Assembly (NCBI GenBank): GCA_011051755.1
Contig: DRKN01000022.1
Span: 1-62,576 of the forward strand
DNA: 62,576 nucleotides
From: Gammaproteobacteria bacterium
GTDB lineage: Bacteria > Pseudomonadota > Gammaproteobacteria > SZUA-152
Direction of reading: 5' to 3'
The position numbers were made by a program, and so were the translations under genes. Below, piece by piece: positions 58,758 to 62,576 of the stretch. The notes beneath the pieces were generated by a model. The model ran no database searches. It was not told the DNA's origin and worked only from the letters and a program-made list of their open reading frames with translations. The stretch's first letter is position 1, and the number at the start of each line of letters is the position of its first letter.

Positions 58758-61271
58758 ATGAAAAAACTACTTACTGGGATCGCACTGGCTGGCCTGACCG
58801 TTTTTGCCCAAGCACAAGCACTTGCCGAAACCACCCTGGATTTCATTGATTTCAAGAAGCTCGACGACAGCCGCGTCGAAATACGTCTGGCGCTTTCCGG
58901 CGAAGTACCACAAACGGAGGACTTCACCAGCGAAAACCCCGCCCGTATCTCGCTGGATCTGCCGGGCGTGAGCAACAACCTCCCCTGGAACCTGCCGCTA
59001 CCCGTTGAAACCGGGGCCGCAAAGGACATCAAGGCCGTGCAGGCCAGCGGCCGCACCCGCGTAACGATCAATGTCGACAAGCTTGTCGACTATGACGTTC
59101 GCAGCGCAGGAAAGAACCTCTACATCACACTGGCCGCGGACTCGACAGACCGTGCAGCCACGCCCGCACCTGTCGCCAAATCCGTACCGGCAGCTGCGGC
59201 AAAACCGGCGAACACCGCACCGGTAAACAGCAATCTGCTCAGCCTGAATAACATCACCTTTACCTCCCTGCCCGGCGACAGTGTGCAGGTGCGCCTGACA
59301 TTCAATGGCCCCGCCGTCAAACCCGGCAGCTTCACTATTGATCACCCAGCCCGGGTGGTGCTCGACTTTCCACAGACCGCCAGCAGCCTGAACTGGAAGA
59401 ATAAAAACATCGGTATCGGCTTCGCTAAAAGTGTCACCGCTGTCGAGGCCGGCAATCGCACCCGCGTCATCCTCAATCTCGTTCAGCTTATTCCCTTTGA
59501 AAGCGAGGTCTCCGGGAACGATGTCATCCTCACCATCGCTGGCAGCCGCGCCGCCGCAGGCTCGACCTCCACACGGGGATCCACGGCAAAGGCAAGCCCC
59601 GTAGCAAGCCTGCATCACATCAAAAACATCGACTTCCGCCGTGGCACCCAGGGAGAAGGACGTATCATTGTCAGCCTCTCCGACCAGAATATCCCTGTCA
59701 GTACTGGCGAATCCGGCCGCCAGATCTTCGTCGAATTTTCCGACAGCAGTCTGGCCAAAAACCTGCGGCAACGCCTCGACGTCATCGATTTCGCCACGCC
59801 GGTGCAGTACATCGACGCCAGCCAGGTCGATGGCCGTGTCCGCCTCGCTATTTCGGCATCCGGTGACTACGAATACCTGGCCTACCATGCCGGCAACACC
59901 TACACCATCGAAGTAAAAGAGGTTACCAAGGAAAAAGCGGCCGCCAAGGAAAAAGATGAATTCGGCTACACCGGTGAAAAACTGTCGCTGAACTTCCAGG
60001 ACATCGAAGTGCGCGCCGTCCTACAGCTTATCGCCGACTTCACCGGCCTGAACATGGTCACCAGCGACTCCGTACGCGGCAGCCTGACCCTGCGTCTGAA
60101 AAACGTGCCCTGGGATCAGGCGCTGGACATTATTCTGAAAACCAAGGGCCTTGCCATGCGCAAGGCCGGTAACGTCATCCTCGTCGCCCCCAGCCAGGAA
60201 ATCGCCGGCCAGGAACGCCTTGAACTGGAAGCGCAAAAACAGGTGGAGGAACTGGCTCCGCTGAAAACTGACATTATCCAGATCAACTACGCCAAGGCGA
60301 CAGAAATCGCAGACCTGTTGAAAAGCAAAGGTGGCCTGCTCTCCGAACGTGGCGAAGTCGCTATCGACCAGCGCACCAATGTGCTGCTGATCTCCGATAC
60401 CGTCGATCGACTGGAGGCTGTCCGCAACCTGATTACCTCGCTGGATATCCCCATACGCCAGGTGCTGATCGAGTCCCGTATCGTCATCGCCTCTGACGAT
60501 TTCGCCAAAAATCTCGGCGTACGCTTTGGCGTGACAGATGTCAGCGAGGCGGGCGACAACCTGCTGATGACCTCGGGCACGGCGAATGCCACCGACGTCA
60601 TGGTCGCCTCGGCGATGTCAAACCAGGCGAACACAGGCAGCGCTTACCCCATTGAGGTGCCGACCGGCGCGGCAGGCATCGACCAACGAATGAACGTCAA
60701 CTTCCCTATCGCGGCCACCAATGCCGGCCGCATCGCCTTCTCGCTGCTCGGCGCCAACACCCTGTTGGATCTGGAGCTGTCAGCACTGCAACAGGAAGGG
60801 CGCGGTGAAGTAGTCTCCAATCCGCGCGTGATCACCGCGAATCGGCAGGAGGCCGTGATCGAACAGGGTACGGAAATCCCCTACCAGCAGGCCTCTTCCA
60901 GCGGCGCCACCAATATTTCCTTCAAAAAGGCCGTGCTGAGCCTGCGCGCCACACCGCAGATCACCCCGGACGACCGTATCATCCTCGACCTCAAGGTCAC
61001 CAAGGACAGTGTCGGTCAGATCTTTGCCGGCGTACCCAGCATCGACACCAAGCAGGTGGAAACCCAGGTGCTGATGAACAACGGTGAAACCGTAGTGTTG
61101 GGTGGCATTTATGAGACCACCAACAAGGAACAGCGCGACGGCATACCCTTCCTGGGTGATTTGCCCTTCGTCGGCGTACTGTTCCGTACCACGCTCGAGC
61201 AAAACACCAAAAAGGAATTGCTCATCTTTGTCACACCAAAGATTGTCAAAGAGGAGTTTTCAACCCAGTAA
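58758..61271 (+). CDS. pilQ: Type IV pilus secretin PilQ with three AMIN-like N-terminal modules
   Basis: The signal peptide starts at the ATG at 58758. Three repeats of about 100 aa are followed by N0/N1 domains and the secretin C-domain (VVSNPRVITANRQEAVIEQGTEIPY..., GIPFLGDLPFVGVLF). Confidence 0.92.
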   Translation: MKKLLTGIALAGLTVFAQAQALAETTLDFIDFKKLDDSRVEIRLALSGEVPQTEDFTSENPARISLDLPGVSNNLPWNLPLPVETGAAKDIKAVQASGRTRVTINVDKLVDYDVRSAGKNLYITLAADSTDRAATPAPVAKSVPAAAAKPANTAPVNSNLLSLNNITFTSLPGDSVQVRLTFNGPAVKPGSFTIDHPARVVLDFPQTASSLNWKNKNIGIGFAKSVTAVEAGNRTRVILNLVQLIPFESEVSGNDVILTIAGSRAAAGSTSTRGSTAKASPVASLHHIKNIDFRRGTQGEGRIIVSLSDQNIPVSTGESGRQIFVEFSDSSLAKNLRQRLDVIDFATPVQYIDASQVDGRVRLAISASGDYEYLAYHAGNTYTIEVKEVTKEKAAAKEKDEFGYTGEKLSLNFQDIEVRAVLQLIADFTGLNMVTSDSVRGSLTLRLKNVPWDQALDIILKTKGLAMRKAGNVILVAPSQEIAGQERLELEAQKQVEELAPLKTDIIQINYAKATEIADLLKSKGGLLSERGEVAIDQRTNVLLISDTVDRLEAVRNLITSLDIPIRQVLIESRIVIASDDFAKNLGVRFGVTDVSEAGDNLLMTSGTANATDVMVASAMSNQANTGSAYPIEVPTGAAGIDQRMNVNFPIAATNAGRIAFSLLGANTLLDLELSALQQEGRGEVVSNPRVITANRQEAVIEQGTEIPYQQASSSGATNISFKKAVLSLRATPQITPDDRIILDLKVTKDSVGQIFAGVPSIDTKQVETQVLMNNGETVVLGGIYETTNKEQRDGIPFLGDLPFVGVLFRTTLEQNTKKELLIFVTPKIVKEEFSTQ

Positions 61272-61301
61272 CACACGACTTTATCGGCGGCAATCAACAG
61301 T

Positions 61302-61334
61302 AAAAGGCGGCTCAGCGATGTGCCGCCTTTTTTG
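61302..61334 (+). terminator. Rho-independent terminator of pilQ
   Basis: AAAAGGCGGC-10 nt loop-GCCGCCTTTTTT, 31 nt after the pilQ stop. Confidence 0.85.
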
Positions 61335-61708
61335 TTTCCTTGTCACCCCGCGCCATCCGTATGAAATCAGTGCTGCCCCGCAAACAACACATCGTCATAC
61401 TGGGCTTGACCCGGCATCCAGGAAGTCATTGAAACCACTGGATTCCGAGGGGGGGGATCGCTCATTTTCACCGGCAGTTTTTTGTTCCATATCCCGATTG
61501 ACACAATGATGGGTTACAAATAGGGTCGACCCAAGACATCAGGCACCCATGCCTGAATTACAGGGCATTATCAGAATATCAAGGCGAATCAGCTTATTCT
61601 TAGGTGGTTATCGAGTGTTGTTGCCTGATTGCTGGTTGAATACTGCGGGGAAATAGGGCGATTGTGCTTGATACTAATAAGTTATGAATAATATTGGATC
61701 AATCAAAT

Positions 61709-62284
61709 ATGTCTGACAAAAATGAATTAGATGAAAAGCAGCGTCGCGTTATGGGTATCGTGCTTTTTTATCCGGTCGGTATCCTGATTATTGGGGTAGC
61801 TCTTAATTATTTTGTTCTTGGGGTAAATCCTTATGTGGCATCCCTTCCGTCTATCGAAGGTATTCGTTCTCTTGTTATAGCAGCCACTTTGCTAGTTATT
61901 AATCACACATGGATCATGACTTCAACGGAGCTGATTCGTGTCCGATACAAAATGTACACAACTCCTGAAGAATGGGCATCAAATAATGCAAATGAGGATG
62001 AAGCGTCAGCGGAAGGTGTTCGCGAGCTTAAACGAAGGCATGATACACACAATAATACTACAGAAAACGTTGTGTATTATGTCCTTTTATCGCTGATCTT
62101 TGTTATTTCCTCACCGACCAATATTGCCATACACGTTTGGGTTATTGGGTTTGCTATTGCACGCCTTGGCTATACATATAGTTATTTTACGCGTAACACC
62201 GGCATGCGAGGTCTGTTTATGACGCTAGGGCTTTTGGCCATGTATGGAATGGCAAGTAACCTTGCAATTAGTATTTTCATCTAA
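61709..62284 (+). CDS. MAPEG-family membrane protein
   Basis: About 190 aa with 4 TM segments. RRHDTHNNTTENVVYY resembles the MAPEG R-x-H-x-N-x-x-E-N motif. It is AT-rich. The track ORF starts at TTG 61694. Confidence 0.55.
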   Translation: MSDKNELDEKQRRVMGIVLFYPVGILIIGVALNYFVLGVNPYVASLPSIEGIRSLVIAATLLVINHTWIMTSTELIRVRYKMYTTPEEWASNNANEDEASAEGVRELKRRHDTHNNTTENVVYYVLLSLIFVISSPTNIAIHVWVIGFAIARLGYTYSYFTRNTGMRGLFMTLGLLAMYGMASNLAISIFI

Positions 62285-62310
62285 ATATAAAAAATTGTGC
62301 CATTATAAAT

Positions 62311-62417
62311 TCATAACAATGCAAATTCACTCGGACACATTTCCGCAACGCTCGTTTGTGGCTAATGCCACAAGCCTCTCGTTGCTCCAATGTGCCGGTG
62401 ATTTGCGGCGTTATGTG
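62311..62417 (+). mobile_element. attC-like imperfect palindrome (candidate integron cassette recombination site)
   Basis: The outer cores are CATAAC (62312-17) and GTTATG (62410-15). The paired boxes are GCAAAT/ATTTGC, CACATT/AATGTG and GCAACG/CGTTGC, with asymmetric bulges between them. The central hairpin is TTGTGGC-TAAT-GCCACAA (62356-62373). Confidence 0.5.
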
Positions 62418-62426
62418 TGAAAAACG

Positions 62427-62576
62427 ATGGAGCCAATGACGACAGAAAGGCTGATTTTAAGGAGCTGGAGAGATAGTGATTATTTGCCGTTCTTTAAAAT
62501 CAACTCAGACCCAGATGTAATGGAGTTTTTTCCAGCACTTCTGAGCCATGAAGAAAGTGATGAAATGGCAACAGAA
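62427..62576 (+). CDS. GNAT-family N-acetyltransferase (RimJ/RimL-like), 5' part only; runs off the window
   Basis: MEPMTTERLILRSWRDSDYLPFFKINSDPDVMEFFP is a typical N-terminus of this GNAT subgroup. The ATG lies 16 nt after the GTTATG core. Confidence 0.7.
   Translation, partial: MEPMTTERLILRSWRDSDYLPFFKINSDPDVMEFFPALLSHEESDEMATE

Overview
This is a 62.6-kb stretch of a GC-rich gammaproteobacterial chromosome, mostly housekeeping genes. As I recall the Pseudomonas-type gene order, these blocks match it: ychF-pth-rplY-prs-tRNA-Gln-ispE-lolB-TPR, divergent from hemA-prfA-prmC-[insert]-moeB; then gatCAB divergent from mreBCD-mrdA-rodA; then an LPS-core locus (PAP2 phosphatase, hldE, four GT4 and one GT9 glycosyltransferase, O-antigen-ligase family, asnB-like amidotransferase, sulfotransferase, gmhA) followed by ilvE-[insert]-glnE; then pilU, and mrcA divergent from pilMNOPQ. 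I saw two tRNAs (Met, Gln) and a decayed tRNA-Gln copy. I saw no rRNA, CRISPR, transposase, integrase or phage genes. The non-core content is small and scattered. (1) A tightly packed moeB-JAMM-periplasmic binding protein-diguanylate cyclase gene string. (2) A four-gene lipoprotein operon (LPP20 / TPR-like / LpoB-like / LPP20) convergent on rodA. (3) A 0.7-kb non-coding repeat patchwork between the cyclase and gatB. (4) A 9-bp tandem repeat (about 13 copies) inside the gatA-gatB spacer. (5) AT-richer insertions at prmC/moeB (including a frameshifted RHH antitoxin-like gene) and at ilvE/glnE. (6) A PEP-CTERM protein next to an ORF that runs into a convergent Sel1 gene. (7) Several REP families that share a GTAG head. 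(8) At the right edge, an attC-like folded palindrome between two short AT-rich ORFs (MAPEG, GNAT), which suggests an integrase-less integron cassette cluster downstream of pilQ. All calls rest on reading the translations and sequence by eye; no database search or folding program was run.
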